Source of the DNA: Mobula birostris
Taxonomy: Eukaryota
Direction: 5' to 3'
NCBI RefSeq assembly: GCF_030028105.1
Contig: NC_092384.1
Coordinates: 3,143,665-3,207,664 of the forward strand
DNA length: 64,000 nt
Shown: positions 1-11,339 of the stretch, piece by piece
How the letters are laid out: every line of letters begins with the position of its first letter
Numbering within the stretch: the first letter of the stretch is position 1
The notes under the pieces: generated by a model
Told to the model about the DNA's origin: nothing
Seen by the model: the letters and a program-made list of their open reading frames with translations, nothing else
Databases searched by the model: none
Made by a program: the position numbers and the translations under genes

Positions 1-1125
1 TGTGCCTTGTTGAATGGAACTTTCAATATTTTTGCACTCTTCTGGTGTGCAGTATGCCATGCCAGATACAGGGAATGAAGAGTTGTGTTTCGGCTTGGGA
101 TGGACACTGCCCTGTGTATACTTTCAATACCCCGCTCTGATTCACTTGACAATCAAAGCGGAACGGTAAAGCGGCACTTGTTAGCAGATTACTGGTAACA
201 GCATTTCTCTGGAAGTGAGCTAGTCTTCGCCACCGCAACGGGGAAGTGGAAACAATGATGGAATTGTTGCAACGAAGTTCATTTAATTAAAAACAGAACA
301 GGAGGAAAGGCGACTGGCGGTAAACTGGACAAGTTATTTGAGTCACGGTAATTGCAATTTGCTCCACACAATTTATTAGATGAAAACGTATAAAGAAGTA
401 CATATAAAGTACATATAAAATATCTGGAGAACATCCTTTCATTACTATCAGAAAGATTGTGGATATTTTGGCTTCATAGAGGGAGAGGATACAAATAGAA
501 GGATAACGTACCCAGTATTTCAAAATCAATGGCTGCCATTAAGCCCTGTGCACGCAAATTAGTCGGGTTATCAGTACTTCCAACCTCACACCCCCACAAA
601 AAATGTAGGAAAGAATTTGGGGGCGGACGGATGGGATGTTTTGTTGGTGTACGACAAGGTTGAACATGACGGATTATTGGAGGAAATTTACTTGGCAATT
701 AAGGACGATCTGCTTCCTGTGGACAATAAACGGCACCAGATTTTGCTTCTTTTCGCGTCTTGTGGCGCCTTTAGCATCTGTCTGTTCTCAACCTAACACG
801 AATGGAAAACACGGGGTTCCGGCGGGATTCCAGCCTGGGATCATCGCCTCGAGGTCCGGAGCTGATGCCACCATATCAGCGGCCGGCAACACCAGTGTGT
901 CTTAGATTTAATATATTACACAAATCGGAGAAATCGTGAGGATAATTCTCCTAAGACACGAAACTCATTGCATTTTATGCCAGAGAAGGCAGCTTCATTA
1001 TAAATTGTAAAGAGCTTATTTTGTATCTATTTAATAAGAACCTATTAGCGGTCACAGTGAAGTCCGGTGAAAACTGTTTTAATAATTACCCGACTTTGTA
1101 TGACAGTTGAGATCCATAGTCTCAC

Positions 1126-1428
1126 CTGTGCTGTAGTTGATGACGATGTAAGTGGCGAGAGCAGAAACCCGGAGGGTGACGTGAGATACCAGACAATTGT
1201 AGACTGTCCCGGTTGGCACAACCTGTGTCACTGACAATCTGCTGGAAGCTTCATATAGCCCATCCGAAGTGGAGTTGGTAACTGGCTTGTTGGTTGTAAT
1301 GTTGGTGCCATCTTTATACCAGGTGAAACTGATATCCATTGGGTAAAAGGGAGATGTAGTGCACAGAAGAGCCAAGGCTTCCGATTTCTCTGGATCTCCG
1401 GAGTAAATTTTCAATGGAGCTGGAGGAA
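1126..1428 (-). CDS. IgSF receptor copy A, C1-set domain exon
   Basis: Acceptor tttcttag|TT, donor ACAG|gtgaga, 303 nt, phase 1-1. Translation VPPAPLKIY...[21 protein letters not shown]...[10 protein letters not shown]...[10 protein letters not shown] carries the C1 motifs CxxxxFYP, WxK and YxCxVxH. Confidence 0.92.
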
Positions 1429-1840
1429 CTAAGAAACAGTGGAATAGATGGATGAATGGTTGTTTACGGTTAGTTGTATATTCTCGGCCATATCAGCGTT
1501 CGATACTAGTAACATAAAAGCCAAAAATTTAAGATTACTACGGCAGGAATTTAAATTGCAATGGAGGAAAATAGTTCTTGATAACTAACGGAGCAAATCG
1601 TCGAATATTTGGGATCAGGGGCGGCTGTAAAATTTAGGGCTCCAGAATTTAACGTTGAAATGAATGATGATGTCCAAATACCTTAGCCAGATTTTAATTA
1701 CTGTCGTTGAATACTCTTGTTTTACATAGTCAGCGCGTGCCGCTACAATTAGTACCGTTATTCTATTTAAGAGGCATTGTACAAAAGACAATTTCTCAGT
1801 CGCAAGTTCGCATCAACTGAATCGCTTCTAATGCACCTAC

Positions 1841-2161
1841 CCAACACAACTAAAGTCGACCCGGTTCCGTTGCCAATCATTGTGCCCTGATGGGTGATTG
1901 TACAATAATAGACTCCCGCATCTTGTAGACGCACGTTGACTATCTGCAGGAAGCCGCTGAATTTAGTACTGAAGCCGGTCAATTCTCTGGCGTCATGGTC
2001 TGGGTTGATGTAATTATTTTCTCCCTTTTTCCACCAATTTATGTCAACGCGGGGACCCTCCGGAAAGGAGGAAAGGGAACAGTCAAAGGAAATGTTTTCA
2101 CCCTTCAAGATGTTGGCGGTTTTAGGGAGTTGTGTTACGTTGACAGAAGATTCAACTGACC
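1841..2161 (-). CDS. IgSF receptor copy A, VJ-type V domain exon
   Basis: Acceptor aatttag|GG, donor TTGG|gtaggt, 321 nt, phase 1-1. It has the B-strand Cys (FDC), C-strand Trp, DAGVYYC and a J-like GNGTGSTLVV in one exon. Confidence 0.95.
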
Positions 2162-2296
2162 CTAAATTAAAGAAAGACAATTCCGAATCAGTAAGAGACA
2201 TTATAAACAGCGTATACAATTGTAAAGACGAACTAGGACAAACATAAAGAGTTATTCAATAACTGTTTCATTCTGAAGAATGGGAAAGACATTTAC

Positions 2297-2351
2297 CCGT
2301 GAAGTATATCATCCAAAGAAGCAGACAGTGAGGTCCCACTCTGGCCAACAT
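2297..2351 (-). CDS. IgSF receptor copy A, leader (signal peptide) exon
   Basis: ATG at 2351 reads MLARVGPHCLLLWMIYFT-G, followed by donor gtaaat. The phase-1 end joins the V exon in frame, and the exon is conserved in copy B. Confidence 0.85.
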
Positions 2352-2779
2352 TCTGGTACAAGTGATCACAGAGAGCGCGCTGTCGCGAACTGTTTCCCTG
2401 GGTTGAGCGGCCACAGGGTGTGCTGCGTCAGTCTTTCCGCGAAAGTAGTGCGGCTTCCGACTAATATGTGGTGAGATTTACTTTCGTTTCTGCTTATGCG
2501 AGCAGCAGCGCCATCGTCTTCGAAACCGATTTTGATTTTAGTGGCTGAATAAAGAGCAACCGATTTCACAAATCGATGTAATCGAGATCAATTTCAATGA
2601 CGTGTGGTCTGCAGATACATTAGATAAACTAACTCCCCGCTCCATGTAATCTCACTGCACGCTCCCCACTCACTCATTCCCACGTGTCGACTCACACCGT
2701 CACACCGCTCCGGCACTCTTCACACACTCTGTTAAGATCGACTCAACCTACCCCTCTCGGACCCACTGCTCCCAGTCCG

Positions 2780-5016
2780 TTTCCTCAGGAACCGGCCCAT
2801 CTTGCCTCGATCAAAAGCATCCGACAGGAAAGAGAGGAGGGGACTTCAATGAGGTCCACCGCCCGAGGATAAAAGGTAGAAGCGGTTCGTGGCTGCGTAA
2901 TGGAGCTACGACCGGCGGCCAATCCGGACATCGGAAGTTTGGAGAGGAGGTGACTCCAATCAGGTCCACCGCCCGAGGATAAAAGGCAGCATAAGAGGCT
3001 TGAGCAGCGGCCAGTCGGCATTTGGCGTTGATCAATAAGAGCAAATTTAAGTAAGACAGGGGCAAGCGCAGGGCCCAGCGTTGCAGCAGTATGATCTGAG
3101 TGGATATAGTCAGAACGGTAATTTTAAGGCCTTAGCTCTTCGAGGCTTCACTCAGAGAAAGAAAAGCTCCAGTTATTTCGTCTCTTCTGTGTATCTGCTC
3201 AGCTACGCAGAGATAACAGGCAGGATAGTGCAATGTACGAAGGCAGGAAGTCCTACAGTATTAAGGAAAACACAAAGACATTTTACAAGTATGCGGAGAG
3301 CTGGGGTATGAGAGGTGTGAGAATAGGATCAATCAGGTGCGATAGTGGAAACATGTTCATGGAGTTGTAGGAGGTAACAGAGGTACTTAATTACATTCTT
3401 TTCTTCAGCATTCACCAGGGAAAATGACCTTGGGAATTGTGGGGATGACTGACAGCAGACTGAAACGCTTGATCAGATAGACATCAAGATAGAGGATGTG
3501 CTGGAGCTTTTGAAAACTACTAAGTTAGAAAGGCCACTGGGTCCGGATGAAGCATACCCCAGGCTACGGTGGGAAGCGAGGGAGAAGATTGCTGAGCCTC
3601 TGGCGATTATCATAATCTGTGTGGTTGGTGATAGTATCTCCTCCTCGCTGACGATCAACACTGGCTCATCTCAGGGGTGTGTAATTAGCCCACTGCTCTA
3701 CTCTCTATACAGTATACACATGACTGAGTGGCTAGGCATAACTGAAACACTATGTATGAAATTGCTGACGATACAACCATTGTTGGTAGAATCTCAGGTG
3801 GTGACGAGAGGGCGTACAGGAGTGAGATATGCCATCTAGTGGAGTGGTGCCGCAGCAAGAACCTGCGACTCGACGTCAGTCAGATGAACGAGCAGACTGT
3901 GGACTTCAGGAAGGGTAAGACGAAGGAACGCATACCAATCCTCATAGAGGGATCAGAAGTGGAGAGAGTGAGCAGCTTCAAGTTCCTGGGTGTCAAGATC
4001 TCTGAGGATCTAACCTGGTCCCAACATAATGATGTAGTTATAAAGAAGGCAAGACAGCAGCTATATATCATTAGGAGTTTGAAGAGATTTGGCATATCAA
4101 CAAATGGACTCAAAAACTTCTATACTTGTACCATGGAGAACATTCCGTCAGGCTGCATCACTGTCTGGTATGGGGGCTGGGTGGCTACTGCACAGGACCG
4201 AAAGAAAGGCAAAGTGTTGTAAATCTAGTCAGCTCCATCTTGAGTATTAGCCAACAAAGTACACAGGACATCTTCAGGGAGCGGAGTCTCAGAAAGGCAG
4301 CGTCCATTATTAAGGACCTCCAGCACTCAGGGCATTTCTATTTCTCACTGTTACCATCAGGAAGGAGGTACAGAACCCTGACGGCACACCCTCAGAGATT
4401 CAGCTTCTTCCCCGCTGCCATCTGATTCCTAAATGGACATTGAATCTTTGGACACTACCTCACTTTTTTAATATACAGCGTTTCTGTTTTTGCATATTAA
4501 AAATATCTATTCACTATACATACATGATTTATTTGTTATTTATTATTATGTTTTATTTTGTTCATTATTTTGTTCTCTCACTCTGTTAGATTATGTATTG
4601 AATTGAACTGCTGCTGTTAAGTTAACAAATTTCACGTCACATAACGGTGATGATAAACCTGATTCCGATTCTGATTCTGATTCTGATCTTTGCATCATCA
4701 ATATGGATGGAAGAAGTACCGGAGGATTGGAGGTTTGCAAACCTTGTCCCCTTGCTCACGAAAGGGAGTAGAGATAACCTAGGAGATTATAGAACGGTGA
4801 GTCTTAATTCAGTAGTGAACAAGTTGTGAAAAAGATCCGGAGAGGCAAGGGTTACGGGCATTTGGAGAAACATAATCTGATTAGAGACAGTCAGCATGGC
4901 TTTGTCAAGGGCAGGTCGTGCCGTCGAGCCTGATTGAATTATTTGAGGATGTAACAAAACAATTGATGAAGGTAGAACAATGGATGTAGCGCATATGCAT
5001 TTTAGTAAGGCATTTA
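2780..5016 (+). mobile_element. Internally deleted CR1 LINE (possible 5'UTR plus ORF2 fragments), split by a Rex-Babar insertion
   Basis: 3.2-3.6 kb translates to GPDEAYPRL...EKIAEPLAII and resumes at 4688 as FASSIWMEEVPEDWRFANLVP, then QHGFVKGRSC. The 5'UTR assignment of 2780-3200 is tentative. Confidence 0.75.
3613..4687 (+). mobile_element. 5'-truncated Rex1/Babar-type LINE
   Basis: RT C-terminus SQGCVISPLLYSLY...ADDTT...FKFLGVKISEDLTWS...CITVWYG, then a 3'UTR and an (ATTCTG)n tail at about 4660-4687. Confidence 0.85.
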
Positions 5017-6372
5017 ATAGAAACATAGAAACATTGAAAACCTATAGCACAATACAGGCCCTTCTGCCCACAAAGTTGTGCCGAACATGTCCCCACCTTA
5101 GAAATTACTAGGGTTACCCATAGCCCTCTATTTTTCTAAGCTTCAGGTACCTATCCAAAAATCCCTATCGTTTCCGCCACCACTACCATTGCCGGCAGCC
5201 CATTCCACGCACTCACCACTCTCTGCGTAAAAAACTTACCCCTGACATCTCCTCTGTACCTACTCCCCAGCACCTTAAACCTGCGCCCTCTTGTGGCAGC
5301 CATTTAAACCCTTGGAAAAAGCCTCTGACTATCCACACGATCAATGCCCCTCATCATCTCATACAACTCTATCAGTTCACCTGTCATCCTCCGTCGCTCC
5401 AAGGAGAAAAGGTCGAGTTCACTCAACCTGTTTTCATAAGGCATGCTCCCAATCCAGGCAACATCCTTGTAAGTCTCCTCTGCACACTTTCTATGGCTTC
5501 CACACCCTTCCTTTAGTGAGGTGAACAGAAATGAGCACAGTACTCCAAGTAGGGTCTGACCAGGGGCCAATATAGCTGCAACATTAGCTCTGGCCTCCTA
5601 AATTCATTTCCACGATTGATGAAGGCCAATACACCGTACGCCTTCTTAACCACAGAGTCAACCTGCGCAGCTGCTTTGAGTGTCCTATGGACTCGGACCC
5701 CAAGATCCCTCTGATCCTCCACACTGCCAAGTCTTACCATTAATACTATATTCTGCCGTCATAGTTGACTTACCAAAATGAATCACTTCACACTTATTTA
5801 GGTTGAACTCCATCGGCAACTTCTCAGCCCAGTTTTGTATCCTATCAGTGTCCCGATGTAACCTCTGACAGCCTCCACACTATCCACAACTCCTCCATCC
5901 TTTGTGTCATCAGCAAGCTTGCTAACCCATTCCTCCACTTCCTCATTCAGGTCATTTATAAAAATCACGAAGAGTAAGCGTCCCAGAACAGATCCCTGAG
6001 GCACACTACTCGTCACCGTCCTCCATACAGAATATGACCCATCCACAACCACCCTTTGCCTTCTGTGAGCAAGCCAATTCTGGATCCAGAAAGCAAGGTC
6101 CCCTTGGATCCCATAACCTCCTTACTTTCTCAATGAGCCTTGCACGGGGTACCTTATCAAATGCCTTGCTGAAATTCATATACCCTACATCTACTGCTCT
6201 ACCTTCATCAATGTGTTTAGACACGTCCTCAAAAAATTCAATCAAGCTCGTAAGGCACGACCTGCCATTGACAAAGCCATGCTGACTATTCTTAATCATA
6301 TTATGCCTCTCCAAATGGTTATAAATCCTCCATCCCAGGATCTTTTCCATCAAATTACCAACCACTGAAGTA
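5017..6372 (-). mobile_element. 5'-truncated CR1 LINE
   Basis: atagaaac tail at 5017. Minus-strand ORFs give [28 protein letters not shown] and KLADDT. Confidence 0.9.
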
Positions 6373-6559
6373 AGACTTTGATTCTGAAACAGCCTGGAAA
6401 AAAACTGTCAACGGCCATCAGAATGAAAACGCTTCAACAGTGGATGTCTTACCTCATACTAGACAAGATAACAGTGTTTACCGAATAAGTATCATTCCAC
6501 CTGCAGGACATCTCTGTACCAGATGCTCTGGGGATTTTCCCAGGCCTAGCTATTTTCGA

Positions 6560-7000
6560 GCACTGTCAATGACTTTTCTTGCATCATATGGTGAGAGCTA
6601 GAGATATTCCCCAATGGTTGCACTATTTTCACTTCCAGTTACAATTCTGCAGCAATTAAACAGGCGATAAATGCATGCAACCACCTATGCAGTTTTCAAA
6701 TGCTGACTGCTGAATGGGTGGGAATATTTGTGCTTCGAAAGTACAAGGCAATAACAATGTCAATAAAGTGGATCATACTGTTAACTTGTGTAATTCCGTA
6801 TTATTGAGTTTGCTTATTTCTCCAGCATCAGTATCTTGATTGCCACCACTGACTAGAAGATCATCTGGATCAGGTACCCACATCCATAGCTGAATGATCT
6901 TTCAGCATTGTGTAGCGAATGGCTCAATTATTGACACCACGTTCCTCCGAACCATTTACAGGGAATGTAGATCGATTATGGTAAAATGCTCCCCAATTGA
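6560..7000 (-). mobile_element. Highly decayed LINE (CR1/L2-like) RT C-terminal remnant
   Basis: A stop-ridden frame (KWFGG...ANSIIRNY...PLY...LVLSKHKY) loosely resembles the LINE ORF2 C-terminus. Also present at about 47.2-47.6 kb. Confidence 0.3.
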
Positions 7001-7239
7001 TTGGATTATTATAGTGCTAAATGGTTAAGCTCATTTAGGACAAAACTATAAACTTGACTAACACCTCGTCCAAGTTACCAACCATTTCTTCCTCCCTCCT
7101 CCAATGCAGTTTTGGACTATGCACAAAATGCGCTGCAGTTGTTGGCCCAGGTTACTCTGCCAGACCCAAAAGCTGTGACCTTTGTGAGTTCCATCTCTAA
7201 GCAACACAAGAGATCAGAGTAGAGGAGCACTGCTATATA

Positions 7240-10200
7240 GAAATGTCCGTGCAAGTCATACACTACCCTGACTTGGAATATTGTTGGTCACATTTGTCCC
7301 CGATGACTACACCTGTAAAAGGTGCATCCAGCTGCAGTTCCTGACAAACCGAGTTAGGGAAATAGAGCTGGAGCTGGATGAATTTCGGATCATTTGTGAG
7401 GCAGAGGCAGAAATAGACAGGAGTTACAGGGAGATAGTCACCCCTAAAAATCAGGAGGCAGGTAGCTGGGTGACTGTCAGGAGAGGGAAGGGGAATAGAC
7501 AGAATGAGCAGAGCACCCCTGTGGCCATTCCCATCAATAATAAGAATGCCGTTTTGGATACCATTGGTGGGGACAACCTACCAGGAACAAGTTGTAGTGG
7601 TCACGTCTCTAGCACCGAGACTGGACCCTCAGCTCAGAAGGGAAGGATGGGAAAGAGGAGAGCAGTAGTGATAGAGGATTCGATAGTTATGGGGACAGAT
7701 AAGAGGTTCTGTGGGAGAGATCGAGAATCCCGGCTTGTCTGTTGCCTCCCTGGTGCCAGGGTCTGTGATATCTCGGATGGAGTTCTCAGTATTCTTAAGA
7801 GGGAGGGTGAGCAGCCAGATGTCGCACTCCATGTAGGTACCAATGACGTGGATAGGAAGAAGGAGGAGATCCTGAAAAGAGAATTTAGGGAGTTAGGTGC
7901 TAAGTTGAAGGACAGGACCTCCAGAGTTGCAGTCTCAGGATTTCTACCCGTGCCACGTGTTAGTGAGGCTAGAAATGGGAAGATAATGCAGCTAAATACG
8001 TGGCTAAAGAGTTACAGGAGGGAGGGCTTTATGTTTCTGGACAATTGGGTCTTGTTCCAGGGAAGGTGGGACCTATTCCGACGGGACGTGTTGCACCTGA
8101 ACTGGAGGGGGACTAACATCCTTGCAGGAAAGTTTGCTAGTGCTGCTCCGGGGGTTTAAACTAGATTTGCTAGGGGAGGGGTACCAGAGTGTTAGAGCAG
8201 ATAGTGAGGTGGAGGAGAATACAGGTCATGCGAGAACTACAAGTATAGTGCATAGAGTAAATCCAGATCTAACATACAGAGAGGCTTTGAGGAAAGAGAA
8301 ACAGAATAAACGGTGTAAAGACAGTAAGGTAGAAGGGCTAAAGTGCGTGTATTTCTATACAAGAAGCATCAGGAACAAAGGTGATGAACTGAGAGCTTGG
8401 ATACATACATGGAATTATGATGTAGTGGCTATTGCAGAGACTTGGCTGGCACCAGGGCTGGAATGGATTGTCAATATTCCTGGATTTCAGTGCTTTAAAA
8501 GGGATGAGGGTGAAGGGGAGGAGGGGTGGCATTACTGGTCAGGGATACCATTACAGCTGCAGAAAGGGTGGGTAATGTAGCAGAATCCTCTTTTCAGTCA
8601 ATATGGGTGGGAATCAGGAACAGGAAAGGAGCAGTTACTCTACTGGGGGTATTCTATAGGCCCCCTGGTAGCAGCAGAGATACAGAGGAGCAGATTGGGA
8701 GGCAGATTTTTGGAAAGGTGCAAACGTAACAGGGTTATTACCATGGGTGACTTTAACTTCCTTAATATTGATTGGCACCTGATTAGGTCCAATGGTTTGG
8801 ACGGGGCAAAGTTTGTTAAGTATGTTCAGGATGGATTCCCGTCACAGTATGTAGACAGGCCGACCAGGGGGAATGCCATACTAGATCTAGTACTAGGTAA
8901 TGAACCGGGTCAGGTCACAGATCTCTCAGTGGGTGAGCATCTGGGGGGCAATGGCTGCTGCACCCTGGCCTTTAACATTATCATGGAAAAGGATAGAATC
9001 AGAGAGGACAGGAAAAAATTTAATTGGGGAAGGGCAGATTATGAGGCTATATGGCTAGAACTTGCGGGAGTGAATTAGGATGATGATGGTTTATTTGCAG
9101 GGAAATGTACTATGGACATGTGGTCAATGTTTCGCGATCTCTTGCAGGATGTTAGGAATCAATTTCTCCCAGTGAGGAAGTTAAAGAATGGTAGGGTGAA
9201 GGAACCATGGGTGATAAGTGAGGTGGAGAATCTAGTCAGGTGGAAGAAGGCAGCATACATGAGGTTTAGGAAGCAATGATCAAATGGGTCTATTGAGGAA
9301 TATCGGGAAGCAAGAAAGGAGCTTAAGAAGGAGCCGAGAAGAGCAGGAAGGGGGCATTAGAAGGCCTTGGCGAGTAGGGCAAAGGAAAACCCCAAGGTAT
9401 TCCTCAATTATGTGAAGAACAAAATGATGACAGGACCGATTGATATAGATCGACAGATAGGACCGATTAGAGATATAGATGACAAGATGCGCCCGGAGAC
9501 TGTGGAAATGAGCGAGGTCCACAATGAACACTTCTCTTTTGTATTCACCAATGAGAGAGAACTTGATGACGGTGAGGACAATATAAGTGAGGTTGATGTT
9601 CTGAAGCATATTGATATTAAGGGAGAGGAGGTGTTAGAGTTGTTAAAGTAGATTAGTACGGATGAGTCCTCGGGGCCTGCTGGAATATTCCCCAGGCTGC
9701 TCTACGAGGTGAAGTAAGAGACTGCAGAACCTCTGGCTAGGATCGTCATGTCCTTGTTGTCTACGGGAATGGTACCGGAGGACTGGAGGGAGGCAAATGT
9801 TGTACCTTTGTCAAAAAAAAACTAGTACGGATAGTCCGGGTAATTTTAGACCAGTGAGCCTTACTTCTGTGGTGAGAAAGCTGTTGGAAAAGGATTCTTA
9901 GAGATAGGATCTCTGGGCATTTAGAGAGTCATGGTCTGATCAGGGACACTCAGCATGGCTTTGTGAAGAGCACATCATGTCTAACAAGGCTGATAGAGTT
10001 CATTGAGGAGGAGACCAGGCATATAGATGAGGGTAGTGCAGCTGATGTGATCTACATGGATTTTAGTAAGGCTCTTCCCCAGGGCACCATTGGTCAATAC
10101 AAGAGGACATGGCTTTAAGGTAAGGGGTGGGAAGTTCAAGGGGGATATTAGAAGAAGGTTTTTCACTCAGAGAGCGGTTGGTGCTTGGAATGCACTGCCT

Positions 10201-10366
10201 GAGTCAGTGGTGGAGGCAGATACACTAGTGAAGTTTAAGAGACTACTGGACAGGTATATGGAGGCATTTAAGGTGGGTGTTATATGGGAGGCAGGGCTTA
10301 AGGGTCGGTGCAACATTGTGGGCCGAAGGGCCTGTATTGTGCCGTACTGTTCTATGTTCTGTGTTC
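7240..10366 (+). mobile_element. Near full-length degenerate CR1 LINE (ORF1 zinc finger/coiled coil/SGNH esterase; ORF2 APE endonuclease-RT), RT partly deleted
   Basis: ORF 7281-8159 (PDDYTCKRC, DSIV, HVGTND, LHLN), endonuclease motifs AETWL and GDFN, and a ttctatgttc tail. About 0.84 kb is missing after tagtaaggc (10072) relative to the copy at 50685-51527. Confidence 0.93.
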
Positions 10367-10529
10367 ATCGTCACTGGTTTCGACTTCTGTAAATCTCTTC
10401 TGAACAGCACTGCGAAAGTTCCTTCACTAGAAGGACTACCACCACACCAAGGATGAGCTTTCTGGCAGCTTTCACAGGACAGGTAAGGTTCAGCAACAAA
10501 ATCTCTGGGCCTCGGTAATTCCCTGAAAT

Positions 10530-10900
10530 TATCAGGGCGTTAAGAATATAATACGCAGTCAGGCTGATCACTAATACATATGAAATATGTTGTTTTGCAG
10601 CTGCATTGCAGTGAAAACCATACGAACTTTGCAAAAATTTACAAAAATAAGTAAAATGGAGCAATAGTCGAACCAAAGACAATGTTCATGAATTCATGGA
10701 CCATTCAGAAATCTGATGACGGATGGGAGATGGTATTCTTACTACATTTGAATGCGGGTTCTTTAGCTCTAGTACTTCCTCACTGACAGTGGTAAAGTGT
10801 AAAGGGCATGTCTCTGATGCTGAGATTCTTTAATGATTGATGCCTCCTTCTTGAGACACTGCCTGTGGAAGAAGTCCTCGATGGCCGGGACTGGTTTGTT
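10530..10900 (-). mobile_element. Rex-Babar 3' end remnant
   Basis: Reverse complement resembles the 3' region at 4270-4640. Paralog at about 52.0-52.35 kb. Confidence 0.6.
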
Positions 10901-11339
10901 GGGCACAGTTGTGCCCGTGTTTGATCTTCACTGATATTCAGTATAAACATTAAGTGTCAGGCCTCATTAATGCATTTATTCCAACTTGGACAACCTGACT
11001 AAAGTATATGAAGTATTTGTTAAAATTAAACTGTGTGCAAATAAAAGAGAAGGAAATCCATTTCTGGAAACATATTTGGCTCGGCGCTGCAGATGTGCTA
11101 CATGACAGTTCCTTCATTTTAGCTCTGTGTAACTGCCTCACTAACAGTATTATGTTAATCGCAAGATCAAATGGGAATTCGCTGATTATGGCATGATTTT
11201 AATTCAGTTCGCACCTCAACAGAAAATGAAGTGTACTGCCCTGGTTAAGAATATGTTTTATTATGTTTCTACTGCTACGCTGTGAGGTACTTATGTATCT
11301 TGCGAACGCCATTTGTTCTGTTAGTTAAGTTTCATAGAC

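Noticed and set aside
474-698. FLWGCEVG as an MHC class I alpha-2 motif
   Set aside because: The match is too short, there are no exon-scale splice sites, and the rest of the frame is not class I-like.
790-900. Candidate terminal exon DTLVLPAAD...PFVLG* after C1
   Set aside because: It is open in both copies but the acceptor is poor. A competing acceptor near 950 gives a different short frame and is mutated in copy B, so this cannot be resolved.
1053-1080. CACAGTG heptamer near the C1 exon as a RAG RSS
   Set aside because: There is no nonamer at 12 or 23 spacing, the position is wrong for V-J joining, and copy B has caccggg instead.
7281-8159. 292-aa SGNH hydrolase ORF as a host esterase gene
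   Set aside because: It is CR1 ORF1, directly followed by endonuclease-RT, and homologs recur at about 20.5, 32.6 and 48.3 kb.
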